64,000 nucleotides of DNA from Eledone cirrhosa (Eukaryota). Position numbers and translations under genes: made by a program. The notes below the pieces were generated by a model, which was not told the DNA's origin, searched no databases, and saw only the letters and a list, made by a program, of their open reading frames with translations. Location of the stretch: assembly GCA_964016885.1 (NCBI GenBank), contig OZ024742.1, forward strand, positions 294,624,001 to 294,688,000. The letters are read 5' to 3'. This document shows, piece by piece, positions 25,658 to 37,905 of the stretch; the stretch's first letter is position 1; every line of letters starts with the position of its first letter.

Positions 25658-25851
25658 ATAGGAAAAAGTATGACTCCGACAGCAGAGCTCAAGCCATTTC
25701 GACGGCTGTTTCAGTCCAGAAATAGCCGTCGAAACGGCTTGAGCTCTGCCGTCGGGGTCATACTTTTTCCTATTACCCACTCTACTACCCTAAGTATTGA
25801 GTACTCTGGTGCGTTATGGTCCATCTGGTTCCTTACCACAATTCCTTCGTT
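25658..25851. mobile_element. Fold-back mini-element family A (palindrome 25658-25773 plus tail), in (TA)n
   Basis: Inverted arms ATAGGAAAAAGTATGAC..TTTCGACGGCT / AGCCGTCGAAACGGCTTGAGCTCTGCCGTCGGGGTCATACTTTTTCCTAT, then a 78-nt tail. Confidence 0.92.
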
Positions 25852-26159
25852 ATACATATATATATATATACGTGCAATATATACATCTATATATATATAT
25901 TAGTTTTGCGAGGTTTTTTATATGAAATCGTGTGTCGAAACAGATATTGTTATATTTGGGGAGGGTCATATTTGCGTAATATTGCCAGAATTAATAACAG
26001 AACACACTCACTGTTTGGTTGGTTTTCGCTTCTCGCTGTCTTTTATATATATATATCTGCGATCTAACTTACTCGGTCCTCAATGTTGCCATTGACTGAC
26101 CGGTGGTCAAAAATAAAATAATACAGATACAATATAGACAAACACATATATATATAGTT

Positions 26160-26202
26160 TACATAAATCTTTCGTTGCACATCTGCAACATCGTCAGTGG
26201 TG
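26160..26202 (-). ncRNA. Minimal type I hammerhead motif in the PLE1 3' pseudo-LTR
   Basis: CA-CTGACGA-T-GTTGCA GATG TGCAAC-GAAA-GATT-TA-TG: core, 6-bp stem II and near-palindromic minimal stem III. Stem I is very short. Confidence 0.7.
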
Positions 26203-26453
26203 TTATATTCATTGTTCCTCCTGTTGTGTTGTATGTCTACGCCATTTTTTTTGTTCAGTCCGTCTATATATTTATTTATTTGTTTGCTTGTTTGTTTATC
26301 TTATTTTATTTTGTCTTCTTTGCGCATGCGTTTGCGTGTGTGATGTGTGACTAGTGTGTATAGTGTTGTGTCTGCTGGGTGACTAGTGTGTGTTTATGTG
26401 CTTGTGTATGTATTTATTTATCTTATTTTATTTAATTTAATTTACTTATTTAT

Positions 26454-28329
26454 TTATACTTCTCTTAGGTCAGTGTTGTTTGTTTGGGTGTTGTTGTTGT
26501 TCCACTCATTCTTTCTGTTTAGCTTTGGTCTTCTAATTTCTATTTCACTGGCCTCTCTGATTTGCCTATCTGCTGGGTCATTCCTATGTTTAGATATTAT
26601 TCTAATTTCTATGTTGTCTATGTTACCGTCATGATGTTGTCTAGCATGTTCGTATAGTACTGACCCGTTTTTTCGTCCTTTTAGTTCCCCCCAGTGTTGG
26701 TCTATCCTTTCACCTATGCTACGAGCTGTCTCACCTATGTATGTTGTTGTCGTGTTTCTACAAGTACCCTCTGTACATCTTATGCTATAGACTACGTTTC
26801 TAGTTTTACAGTTTATCCGGGGGTTCACCTTACATATGATACATTTCCTATTGGTACAGTGGGTTTTCTTAAAAGGGTAGGTTTTGCTGATCAGGGATTT
26901 TATGGTGGTTCCTGGCTTTTCTACCACCTTTATTTTTAAGTGGGTCTTTCTCAGGGCCTTTCTACACTGGTTAGCTAATTTCCCTCCAGGGGTGGCGTCC
27001 ACAAACATGACACTCTGATATCTCTGGTTGTCGTACCATGATGTGGCCTTCCCTATCTTATGTCTAGCCCTATCTAAGCTATTCCATGATTTGCTCCTGT
27101 ATAGTGGGCAAATTCCTTTCATGTCCAGTTCTATGAGGGTCTTATACTTTTCCATGGCTCCTTCGTATACTCTGACTCTGTCTCTTTGGTTGTAGCCAGA
27201 GAACTGCATGCGGTTGATGAAGTGTTGGATGTGTCCTTCCATTTCTGTTGGGTCGCACATGCTGGACACATTCTTCATCACTCGTACCAAATCTGCGATC
27301 AGAATATTAAACTTAGCACTACTGGACATTGCTGAGTTTTTGAGTATCAGGTATTTGGAGGCCATGGGTTTAGCATAGTGTGAGTGGAGAATTTGGGCTC
27401 TCTCGTCTATAGTGTTAATCCAGAGTTCTGTGTCTAATACAGGTAGTCTATTGTTAGGGTGTTTGGAAGGGAAGTCTATAGTTACAGTTATACTCTGGTG
27501 TATGGAATTAGCTATCTGCTGGATGCTTTCCATCGTGCTACGTTCTAAATCAAACTTGTTAGTGCTCTCTAGTGGGGGTGTTCTTATAACTATATTGATA
27601 TCGTCTACATAACGAGAGTACATGATGAGGTCTATGGAGCTTTCATTAAGGAGATCTTTAAGTCTCCTTTCCCACCATACCATGAAAAGGTTGGCAACAT
27701 CGCCAGCTATGCTGACGCCGATGGCTGCTCCCTCATTTTGGGTGTAGATTTTCTCATTGAACTTAAATATGTGGCCCTTTAGGGTAGTTTTGATACTAGC
27801 CCCTATTGCATGTGCGACCATTTTTCTTACCTGATCAGTGTTTTGGGGGGTCCGTATAGCTTTGGTCCACCCAATCCACCTTCCTATGGGAGTCTTTTTA
27901 GCCATTGAGGTTATGGTGGGGGGTCTACCTCTTATAGGTCTACTAGGGCAGAAACATCTAAGGTCATGGCTGTCTAGGTAGTCAGTGTCGTAGGTAAGTC
28001 TAAGTAGGAGGCCCAGTTCGTCTGTGTCGACGTCGCAGAACTCCACCTCACTCTCAATGATCATCTCCACACATCTTTTCACAGCAAAATCAATGTTAAT
28101 GGATGGGTACAGTGACACCACATCCATGCTGCCTATTATGCAGTTGGATAGGCTCCTGTTTTTGTTGCACTCACTGATTCTGCTGAGGAGGTCCTCTGTA
28201 CTTTCACATACATCTGGGGACATCTTGATTATGGGGCGTATAACCATTGAGAGGAAGTAGGAGATCCTGTAGTTGCTAGCTATATTAGCTCCGCATACAG
28301 GTCTTGTTGGTGGTCCTGTTGTCGGGTCG
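26454..28329 (-). CDS. Penelope-like reverse transcriptase plus GIY-YIG endonuclease (N-terminally truncated)
   Basis: RPVC (RT motif 2), SMDVVSLYPSI, QNEGAAIG..VANLFM, RYVDD, LPVLD; Zn-finger-like CTNRKCIIC; VVYSIRC..YIGET.RSI.ERI.QH..E. No stops over about 624 codons. Confidence 0.95.
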
Positions 28330-28393
28330 TAGACGGACTGAACAAAAAAAATGGCGTAGACATACAACACAACAGGAGGAACAATGAATATAA

Positions 28394-28436
28394 CACCACT
28401 GACGATGTTGCAGATGTGCAACGAAAGATTTATGTA
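28394..28436 (+). ncRNA. Same hammerhead motif in the inverted 5' pseudo-LTR of PLE1
   Basis: CTGACGA at 28399-28405, GAAA at 28423-28426, predicted cleavage after 28432. Confidence 0.7.
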
Positions 28437-28730
28437 AACTATATATATATGTGTTTGTCTATATTGTATCTGTATTATTTTATTTTTGACCACCGGTCAG
28501 TCAATGGCAACATTGAGGACCGAGTAAGTTAGATCGCAGATATATATATATAAAAGACAGCGAGAAGCGAAAACCAACCAAACAGTGAGTGTGTTCTGTT
28601 ATTAATTCTGGCAATATTACGCAAATATGACCCTCCCCAAATATAACAATATATATATATATATAAATGAAAAGTATAGAAATTATTATGAGCAAGAAGC
28701 ACACAGTATTTCATAATATATATATACATC

Positions 28731-28764
<34 letters not shown>

Positions 28765-28785
28765 GTATAATAAAACAATACAATA

Positions 28786-28860
28786 TAATTACCTCATTAC
28801 CAGAGGTTTCCCGAATAAGACGAATACAAGAAACGTCCTCATTCGTTCGTCAGACAAGGC
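28786..28860 (-). ncRNA. Hammerhead motif in a (TA)n-flanked 150-bp insert
   Basis: CTGACGA-A-CGAATGAGGACG..CGTCTTATTCG-G-GAAA-CCTC TGGTAAT GAGG-TA: 11-bp stem II, 5-bp stem III, GUA site; stem I poorly paired. Confidence 0.7.
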
Positions 28861-28926
28861 AATTTTTCAATTGACTTTTTCAATTTTCAATGAAAACTTC
28901 AATACTTTTATATATATATATATATA

Positions 28927-29839
28927 TTTCGTTTCTGAATTTGTTTAGCAAGATTCTTTATCTGAAATCGTGTGTTGAAACCGATATTGTTATACTTAGG
29001 GAGGGTCATGTTGACAATAAGAAACACACGCACCAGTTGCTTTCACTTCAATTTATTATAATAAATTTATAATAAATTTATAAATTTCTAAATTTCTGGT
29101 TGGTTGGTTGGTTCCACAACCAGATAGTTGTTTATATATTGTCATAGTTCTTTCGTCACACACTCTGTGACCTCTTCAGTGACTGGGGATTCCTTTCTTT
29201 GTTTCTGTGCCTCTCCTTTGTTCTGTCCTACGCCATTTTGTTTCTGTGTGTGTGTTGTGTGCTCAGTCTGCGCATGCGCCACATCCGGGTGTCTGTGTGT
29301 GTTTATGTTCATTTATTTATTTGTTTATTTACATGTTACTGGTTGGTTGTTTGTTCTATGTGTGTGTGTGTTTTCATTTTGTCCTTAATTGTAAGTTGTG
29401 ATGTTGCTGTTCCACTCATATTTTCTATTTAATTTTGGTTGTAATTCTTTTATGTTTATTGCCTCTGTAATTTGTCTAAACATTGCGTCTTTTCTGTATG
29501 TAGATTCTATTTTTATTTCTATGTTCTCTAATTTACCCTTGTGTTCTATTTTAGCATGTTGGTAGAGTACAGATGATTCTTTACTATCTTGAAGGTCTCG
29601 CCAGTGTTCATTTATCCGTTCTCCTACACTACGAGCTGTCTCACCTATGTACACTATATTTTTGTCTCTACATTGTCCTTCAGTACATCTTATGCTATAC
29701 ACTACATTTCTAGTTTTGCAGTTAATATGGGGGCTTATTTTACAGGTTATACATTTCTTATCTATACATGAGGGTCTTTGAAAAGTCTTGCTAATAAGTG
29801 TTTTTCTTGAGGTACCATAAAAACACTTATTAGCAAGAC
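28927..29839 (-). mobile_element. Second Penelope-like element (PLE2): GIY-YIG fragment plus pseudo-LTR
   Basis: ORF 29385-29702 (VYSIRCTEGQC..YIGETARSVGERINEH..QITEA..PKLNRKYEW) is paralogous to PLE1; the pLTR end GAAATCGTGTG..GATATTGTTATA..GGGAGGGTCAT is shared with PLE1. Confidence 0.92.
29141..29183 (-). ncRNA. Minimal type I hammerhead in the PLE2 pseudo-LTR
   Basis: GTCA-CTGAAGA-G-GTCACA GAGTG TGTGAC-GAAA-GAAC-TA-TGAC: stem I 4 bp, stem II 6 bp, CUA site. Confidence 0.8.
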
Positions 29840-29871
29840 ATAGACGTTAAACGATGATGATGATGATGATG

Positions 29872-29979
<108 letters not shown>

Positions 29980-30004
29980 ATATATATATATATCATATCA
30001 TCAT

Positions 30005-30038
<34 letters not shown>

Positions 30039-30484
30039 CCTCCCTTGCTAAACCTCTCTAATACCTAAGATACCCACTGACCAAACATGGCTGACAGAAT
30101 ACACAAGTGTCCAAAACGTAAAGATTCTTTCTCTATCAAGAGTTAAATTAAAATATTATTCCTTGTATTGTGTTGTTTGCTCTGTTGTTTCCGTTTACCT
30201 TTTACACACACATACGCATGCACACACACACACACATATATATATATAGAGAGAGAGAGTGAGTGGGAGGGAGTGAGACAGAGTGAGAGAGAAGGGAAAG
30301 AGAGTAGAAGAGTGATGCAATCATCAAGTTATCTGAGCTTATAACTGGTGTTATCAGTAAGGTGAAATGTCAAATAGTTGGTTCTATACCAGTGGTTTCC
30401 AACCTTTTGCACACCATGCCCCACCTCAATATCTGTACTGCCCCCCCCCCCCCACACACACACACACATTTGGATATGAAAACA

Positions 30485-30820
30485 GTGATACTCAAATTGG
30501 TGTATAGATGGTGCCAGATGCACAGTAACATGAGAGAGGTGAGACAGCGAGGCAGGAGTTTCCGACAGACATGTGATGTGCATGGAGGATGATCGATGGG
30601 TGAAGAAGTGCCTGGAAGCACTAGTGGAAGGAAACTGCAGTAGTGGTAGACCAAGAAAGTCCTGGGCAGAGGTAGTGAGAGCTGATCACAAATAGCTGAG
30701 ACACACAGAGGAGATGACAAAGGAATGCGACGAGTGGAGAGATGCTGTGCTGAGAAGGACCCATTCGACCCATGCAAGTGTGGAAAAGTGGACGTAAAAA
30801 CGATGATAATGATGATGATG
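30485..30820 (+). mobile_element. Decayed RTE LINE 3' end
   Basis: GACATGTGATGTGCATGGAGGATGATCGATGGGTGAAGAAGTG..CCATGCAAGTGTGGAAAAGTGGACGTAAAAACGATGAT. Confidence 0.8.
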
Positions 30821-31084
30821 ATAGTTATTGTTGTTGAACCAACAATACATGTTTCAGTTGTCTGAATAACGCAACCGCCCACTTGGGAAATTGGGCAACT
30901 GCCTGAGCATTCTACAAATACATGTACCAATAACATAATTATCAGAGAGAATCAGTGTAATCCATTTTTCCAGGTGAGTGGATTGAAGCAATGTGAAATA
31001 ATATATCTTTCTCGATTACTCAATGTGTCACTGATAATCCAACTCACTCCCTTATGATCATAAACTAAACACTCTCACCGTTAA

Positions 31085-31304
31085 CCCTTTAGCATTTACA
31101 TTATTCTATATTTATTATTGTATTTTCACGGTAAAGGCTTTATTTCACATAATTATCTCATATAATGTTGAATCTATGAGATTTAAAAAAAATTATTTTG
31201 AGAAGAATACCCTAATGTCAGTATGAGCAGCAAGTTATGGCTGGTTTGAACAGAAAGCAGTGAGAGAATTCTGGCCAGATACGGCTGGTTTAAATGCTTA
31301 AGTG
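31085..31304. mobile_element. piggyBac-type MITE P1 (uninterrupted)
   Basis: TTAA|CCCTTTAGCATTTA...TAAATGCTTAAGTG|TTAA; colinear with 15879-16301 once the SINE is removed. Confidence 0.82.
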
Positions 31305-31824
31305 TTAAACCATATGCCTTCACTAATGGATTGGTATGTCAAAGAATTCTAACTTTCTGTTCGTGGGTTGCACAAATAAACTAAATTTCAAAGTCAAACG
31401 GAAGTTTTAGCTTTTAATTTCTGTTTGCTTGCCAAATTTGGTTGAGTTGCTTCTTAATAATCTCATATTACCTGGTGCTGTTTACAAGTCACCATAGCAA
31501 CGTTAGTAATAGATTAGCTGAGATAGAAAACTCTTCTTTATTTCAGACTAGTGAAACAATATTCCTTGGTAAATAAAAACAAACAAAATTTAGCTTAGTA
31601 GTGCCTGTGTGTATCTGAGTATGTGTGTAGTGGCTATAGTGCCTGTGTATATTCTAGTATGTATGTATATAATGGCTAACAGTAACAGCATGAACCAGTC
31701 GATGAAAGGCTATCATCCCCCCCCCCCCCCCCCCCACAATTTCATTCTCTTTTTGCCTCATTGACATGTAAAACCCCAGTTGTATGATGTCACATGGTTC
31801 AAATAAACAGATTGTAGATACAGC

Positions 31825-32150
31825 AGGGTTGAATGGTTAAGAAGTTCATTTTGCAATCATAAGGTTGTGGGTTCAATCCCACTGTGTGGAATCTTGGGCA
31901 AGTGTTATTTACCATAGCTTTAGGTTAATCCAAACCTTGTGAGTGAAATTGGGCAGATAGAAACTGTTTGGAAGCTCATTGGATGGATTGTATTTATAAT
32001 TGAAAAGGTTAGCCTTGTCACACAGTGTCATGCTGAATCTCCCTGAGAATTATATTATAGGTACACATATTTGTGAAATGATGAGCTACTTGCATGTTAA
32101 TTTAATGAGCAAGCTGTTTTGTTGATCAAACAACTGGAACACTCATCGAA
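31825..32150 (+). mobile_element. Old tRNA-derived SINE, family S3 (related copies at about 37005-37110 on minus and 58634-58940)
   Basis: B-box GGTTCAATCCC, CORE-like TCTTGGGCAAG, shared CTGAATCTCCCTGAGAA..CAACTGGAACACTCAT. Confidence 0.65.
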
Positions 32151-32530
32151 TCAATGAAGATTTATTCTATTGAGTAGGTGGTTTTAATATAACTATATTG
32201 TATATTGCTAGCACTTCTTTTATCAACCTTTGGGGGAAGAAATGCAAAGACTGCCCAGGTGCAATTTAAAATCATAACGTAATGGAACAATTCTCCAGAT
32301 TTTCATATGTGGTGGTGGTGTTGCTGGTAAAATCATGTTGTTTTGAATATAATCACATAAAAATAATGAATTTGAAGAGATACTTGAGTGTCGCACAGAC
32401 AGCTTTGTAGTATTTGTTCTAGATTTTTGTGAACTGAGTTCAAATTCCATTGAGGCCAACTGTACCTTTCATTCTTCCAGGGATGATAAATAAGATAACA
32501 GTCAAATACTGGTGTAGATTCTGCTCAATC

Positions 32531-32580
<50 letters not shown>

Positions 32581-33857
32581 GGTTATATTGCACTGTGAGA
32601 AAGGTCGTGAAAGACCACCTACAGCATCCCTTTCTCTAGAAACAGTGAAGAGTTGAGCGGGTGGCTAGCAACTTCTCATAGAAAAACTGATATCCTATTG
32701 AAACCACCCAAGGGATGATTATAGTTATTAGCCCTTTTGATACCAGACCACCTGAAATCACCTATGATATAAAACTATTTGTTTCAATGTATTTATTTAT
32801 ATTTATCTAAAAATCTTCCATCGTAATTTTATGTAAGAAGTTTTGTTATTGAGAATGTTAGTTATATTATTATTACCCCCAAATTCTTGATTATTTTCAA
32901 TTAAAAAAATAATGCATTGGTAGAATCTTTCATTAGAAATCATCATCATCACCACCATTTAATGCCTATTTTTCCATGCTTGCATAGAAAAATAAAAGAG
33001 TTAAAAAGAAGAATATAATGAAAAAATGTGAAGATAAGTTTGAGAAGTCTCCAACAATCTCTGAGTGTAGAATCCTTATATTTTAAACACAGTACTTGTC
33101 ATTGGTTAGATGTCCCACTTTGTGGTGAATGATGGGTGAGTGACTAGGTTATAGCCAGGGACATACAATATTTAAAGGACCTCAAAATTATTATTTTTTT
33201 GGCTATCAAGGGCGCCAATGAAATTTTCAGTCAGGAGGGCCCTATGCAAGCTTAACTTACTCCAAGCCCCTCAAGTATCACAGTGATTAGATGCTGCACC
33301 AATTCACTAGATTTATGTGCCAAAGAGCACACAGCTATTTGAGGAAGTTCTATATCTCACTGGGGGTGCCAACATATAAAGATAAACTTGATAAACTATG
33401 ATGCACTTCTCCAAGTGTATCTTCTTTATCTTGTAGTACAGCAACATTCTCTATGAACTAACATGAGAGAACCTCAACATGGTTGCTTGACTTATTCAAA
33501 ATAGCAGCCAAATCTCACTTAAATCTCACACAAATCACACTCCGCCATTTCTAAACATAAAAGTAGGACATACTAGATAATATAACCTGAGATAAACTAT
33601 GTTTAAAAAGATGGGTTGTTCACAACTGGAATGGCTTTGAATGCAAGTCTGATTGACCAAATCTGACGGGGAAGGAGGGGGGGGGGGTAAGCACCAACAG
33701 CAGCAGCAGCAACAACAAAAGCAAAAACAAGAATAGAAACAACATCAACAACAACATCGATATGAAGAAGAACAACAATAAGTAAAACAACATCATCATC
33801 AACAACAAGAATAGTAGCAACAACATCAACAATAGAGACAATGACAACAATCACAAG

Positions 33858-34149
<292 letters not shown>

Positions 34150-34879
34150 TTCCCCTGCAATTTTTACTACCCCCAGTCAACGTTATATTTCTATTTCTAT
34201 AAAGGAACCTTACTACAACATCTCCAATCCCCAATCCCAGATGTAACGTTGGTAAACCTAAATAACACAATATTGCTGGGAATAATACAGTGAAGCATTA
34301 TCAATAGTTCTACCATTGGTGGACTCTGAATCAGTAGAGCATCAAATGAAATGTTTTGTGACTCTTTACATCCTCAGTCTATATCTCCGAACAACTAATG
34401 ACCCTTTACAAGGTTCAGGTGAGACCTACATCTGGGGTAGTGCTGTTCTCATTCATACTGACATCTTAGACCACATCCAGAAAAAGGACACTTAGCTAAT
34501 CAGTATAAAGTCACTCTCTAACACTTCCCAGCCTCTGGCTCATAAATCTGTTGTCTCCTCTCTCTGCTACTTCTACTGTTACTACAATGGCCTCTGCTTT
34601 TTGGAGTTTACTGGATTAATGTCATCTCCCCTCAGGCATCCTCATCTCATTTGTCTATCCTCCATGCCCCACACTAACCACTTTCATAAAAAAGATTGAG
34701 GGATAATTTATTCATAAAGTGACATTAAATAAAAACGTGTCTCTGATTATTTACAAAGTTTGTAAAAATTTTGGAAGTTATATTTTTATGAAATAAATTA
34801 ATTTTCAAACAATAAAACCGAAATCCTAAGTTGATGAAATTTATCACTGGTGAATAATGAGAGTTTTTAACGATACAAA

Positions 34880-35600
34880 GTTAAATGTAGCAATAGATGT
34901 TTTTAATAGAATAATGAAGGTTTTAAGCACAAGAACTGATTTCAACTGAACAATGTGTGTTTAATAGAACAATTTGATGTTTTAACAGGCGTTTTTGACA
35001 CAACAATGAGTGTTTTAACTGAATAATGGATGTTTTAAACATAACAATAGGTGTTTATAATAGAATAATATGTGTTTTTAATAGAATGATACATGTTTTT
35101 AATAGAATAATATGTGTTTTTAATAGAATAATATGTTTTTAATAGAATAATATGTGTTTTTTAATAGAATAATACGTGTTTTTAATAGAATAATATGTGT
35201 TTTTAGTAGAATGTTTTTAATAGAATAATTGTTTCTACTTTAGGCACAAGGCCAGCAATTATCCAGTGCATTACTGGTACTTTATTTTATCGACCCCCAT
35301 AAGGATGAAAGGCAAAGTCAACCTCGGCGGGATTTGAACTCAGATCGTAAAGGGACGTAACTATGCTGGAAAGCATGGCGTCCGACCCTCTACCGATACT
35401 GCCAATACACCGCCCTGTTTTTAATAGAATAATATGTGTTTTTAAAGGAACAGTGGATGTTTTAAATAAAGCAGTGAATGTTTTAAACAGAACAATGGCT
35501 GTTTAATAGAAAGATAGTTAATTCAACAGAACAGTGGGTATTTTTAACAAACAATGGATGATTTAACTGAACAAAATAGGTTTTTAACAAAACAATGGTT
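34880..35600. repeat. Degenerate 21-22-bp minisatellite (TTTTTAATAGAATAATATGTG) with a SINE inserted
   Basis: Repeated units visible; most homogeneous at 35050-35225. Confidence 0.8.
35225..35415 (-). mobile_element. Young SINE S1
   Basis: Nearly identical to the 16001 copy; flanked by duplicated TGTTTTTAATAGAATAAT. Confidence 0.92.
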
Positions 35601-36224
35601 GTAAAAGAATTATAGGTATTGTACAGAATAAAGCATTAATCTTGCTTAAGAAATGATGTGTTTTTTTAACATGAAATAATTATTTCATCTGAATATGTTT
35701 GTATTGATAAGTAATGTTTATTTTCAGTCAAACTAATGAATCCCATCTCATGTATTTCTTTTTATATAATGTTTCAATAGATTTGATTTTCAATTGTCAC
35801 AAGGTGTCCTATTTATGAATAAATATATTGTCTCAGAAAGATTTGTTTGTGGCGTTCAAAATGTTCTGGGGAGCTGGGCTGTTAACAATGAGGTACTTGT
35901 TATTGTTGGCAACTCACCTTACCGGCGTATAAGATGATGGTCCTAAGGGTGCTTAGTTATTCCAGCATTGTAGCCACATTATCACCCATGACAAGGTTGT
36001 GAGTGTGTTGCCTCGCCTCAAGGACACTCCAGTGTCCCATTATGTGACACATGATTGAGTGTATCAGTCTTTGCCCCTCTTTTATTTTATTTTTTTTCTA
36101 TATGAATTTTATTTATTTGTATGCAATGGACTGGCGTCCTGTCCAGGGGGGGGGGGGTGAGTCTTGTACTCTCAGTCGCTTTACGCCATGAAACCTGCCT
36201 TGAGACAGACTTTAAACTTTAAAC

Positions 36225-36538
36225 CAGGGGTGTGCAACATATTCCATTGGCGGGCCACTTTTGAACATTGGAACAACTATTGGGGCCATTAATATTTATT
36301 CAGCACTATTCCAAAGATTCACCACAACTTCTTTCCATAACATGGAACTGGGAAATTATAACACACATGACCCTATCAGCCCTTTAGTATAGGTCAACTA
36401 ACAGAAAATTGTATTACAGTTACGAAAACAATTCTAAATAAGTCTACAAGGTAAAAATTAAAAACAGCCATCATGGGCCACTCTAACTAATCTGGCGGGC
36501 CGGATTGTGGCCTGTGGGCCACCTGTTGCACGCCCCTG
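36225..36538. mobile_element. hAT (Charlie/Buster-type) MITE
   Basis: TIRs CAGGGGTGTGCAACA / TGTTGCACGCCCCTG; 8-bp TSD CTTTAAAC / CTTTAGAC; subterminal GCGGGCC motifs. Confidence 0.92.
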
Positions 36539-37114
36539 CTTTAGACCATTGAAATATATATTTTATTTGTAAATGCAAGAGATGAGCATCTAAACCCCAG
36601 GTCGGTATATATGCAAAGGTGGGTGTCTTAATAGATTAGACACTGTTATGATTCAATCAGAAATAAAGGTTATTAATTGAAACCTGACTACAGTTAACAT
36701 GTATATTCAGCAGACAGGTATTCAGGTGATCAAACTGAATATTCATCGTTGAAACCGACAGAGGAGCCATTGTTAGCATACATAGACTATATTGGATGGT
36801 ATATTGTCAGTACAAGCTAGAACATAGATAAGATAACACCAAGAAATAGTAAAGCATGATATTTGGTCATTTCTGGAGAGTGTCGAGATTAAGAAATGTC
36901 TGGAATTAATCAGAACATTAAAAGACGTGTCCTACAATTTCTTCATAGTTTAGAAATAAGTAAATTTAAGTTGCTGAACCATTGATGGATCTAATGATAA
37001 CTGATCCAGTTGTTCAATCAACAGAACAGCCTGCTTGTAAAATTAACGTACAAATAGCTGAATATTCCACAGATATGTGAGCCTTTAATGGAGCTCTCAG
37101 GGAGATTCAACATC

Positions 37115-37442
37115 GGCACGGTAAAAAGCACCCAGCCCACACTGTAAAGTGGTCATGATGGCAACAACAAAAAGCAGCCCAGCTCATATTGTAAAGTGGT
37201 CATGTAGGTGACATGACAAAAAGTGCCCAGCCCACACTGTAAAGTGGTCGTATAGATGTCATGACAAAAAACACCCAGTACTCACTGTAAATGTAGTTGG
37301 CATAAGGAAGGGCATCCAGCTGTAAAAACCAGTTCTGTATGAGCAAAACATAACCTGGCATTGCTTATAACAGGATAACTCATTTAATCCATGCCAGCGT
37401 GGAAAAATGGACGTTAAATGGTGATGATGATGATGATGATGA
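37115..37442 (+). mobile_element. RTE-derived 3' UTR fragment with internal tandem repeats
   Basis: Four AAAAGCACCCAGCCCACACTGTAAAGTGGT-like units, GGAAGGGCATCCAGCTGTA, (GAT)n tail. Confidence 0.8.
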
Positions 37443-37711
37443 CAGTGTGTGACAAAGCTGGACCATGATGATGACAGTGTGTGACACAGCTGGACTTTTG
37501 AATCACAGGTACAACTCACTTTTAAAGCTGAGTGAACTGGAGCAATGTAAAGTAAAGTCTCTTGATCACTGAGAATTGAACTCATGACAGTGAGCCAAAT
37601 ATGACAGTATGCCTTTGCTAAAGATAACATACATCCAGTCAAACTATACTATGTGTGTTATATCAAGGTTTATAGTTTAATAAGAAATAACTCTCAATAA
37701 AGGACAAATAT

Positions 37712-37905
37712 ATAATAGTTTCTGATTTAGGCCAACGATATTTGGGAGAGGGGAAGTTGATTAAATCGACCCCAGTGCATTACTGGTACTTTTTTTTATC
37801 CAATAAGGAAAGGCAAAGCTAACCGCAGTGGGATTTGAACTCAGAGTGTAAAGAGATGTAACTCTATGCTGCAAAGCATGTTGACTGACGCTCTACCGAT
37901 TCAGC
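37712..37905 (-). mobile_element. Older SINE of the S1 group
   Basis: CCCAGTGCATTACTGGTAC..AAAGGCAAAG..GGATTTGAACTCAG. Confidence 0.75.

Larger units (their letters stand above)
25900..28652 (-). mobile_element. Penelope-like retroelement (PLE1), 5'-truncated, with inverted pseudo-LTR, in (TA)n
   Basis: RT + GIY-YIG ORF bracketed by a 323-bp inverted repeat (25944-26266 vs 28330-28652); both ends abut (TA)n. Confidence 0.95.

Noticed and set aside
28330-28493. N-terminal 55 aa of the 679-aa ORF as a genuine PLE domain
   Set aside because: It is the antisense reading of the inverted pLTR (identical to the start of ORF 26103-26354) and starts at GTG.
25944-28652. DNA transposon with long TIRs
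   Set aside because: The protein is RT plus GIY-YIG, the repeat is asymmetric (extra tail on one side) and it contains hammerhead motifs, which fits Penelope pLTRs.
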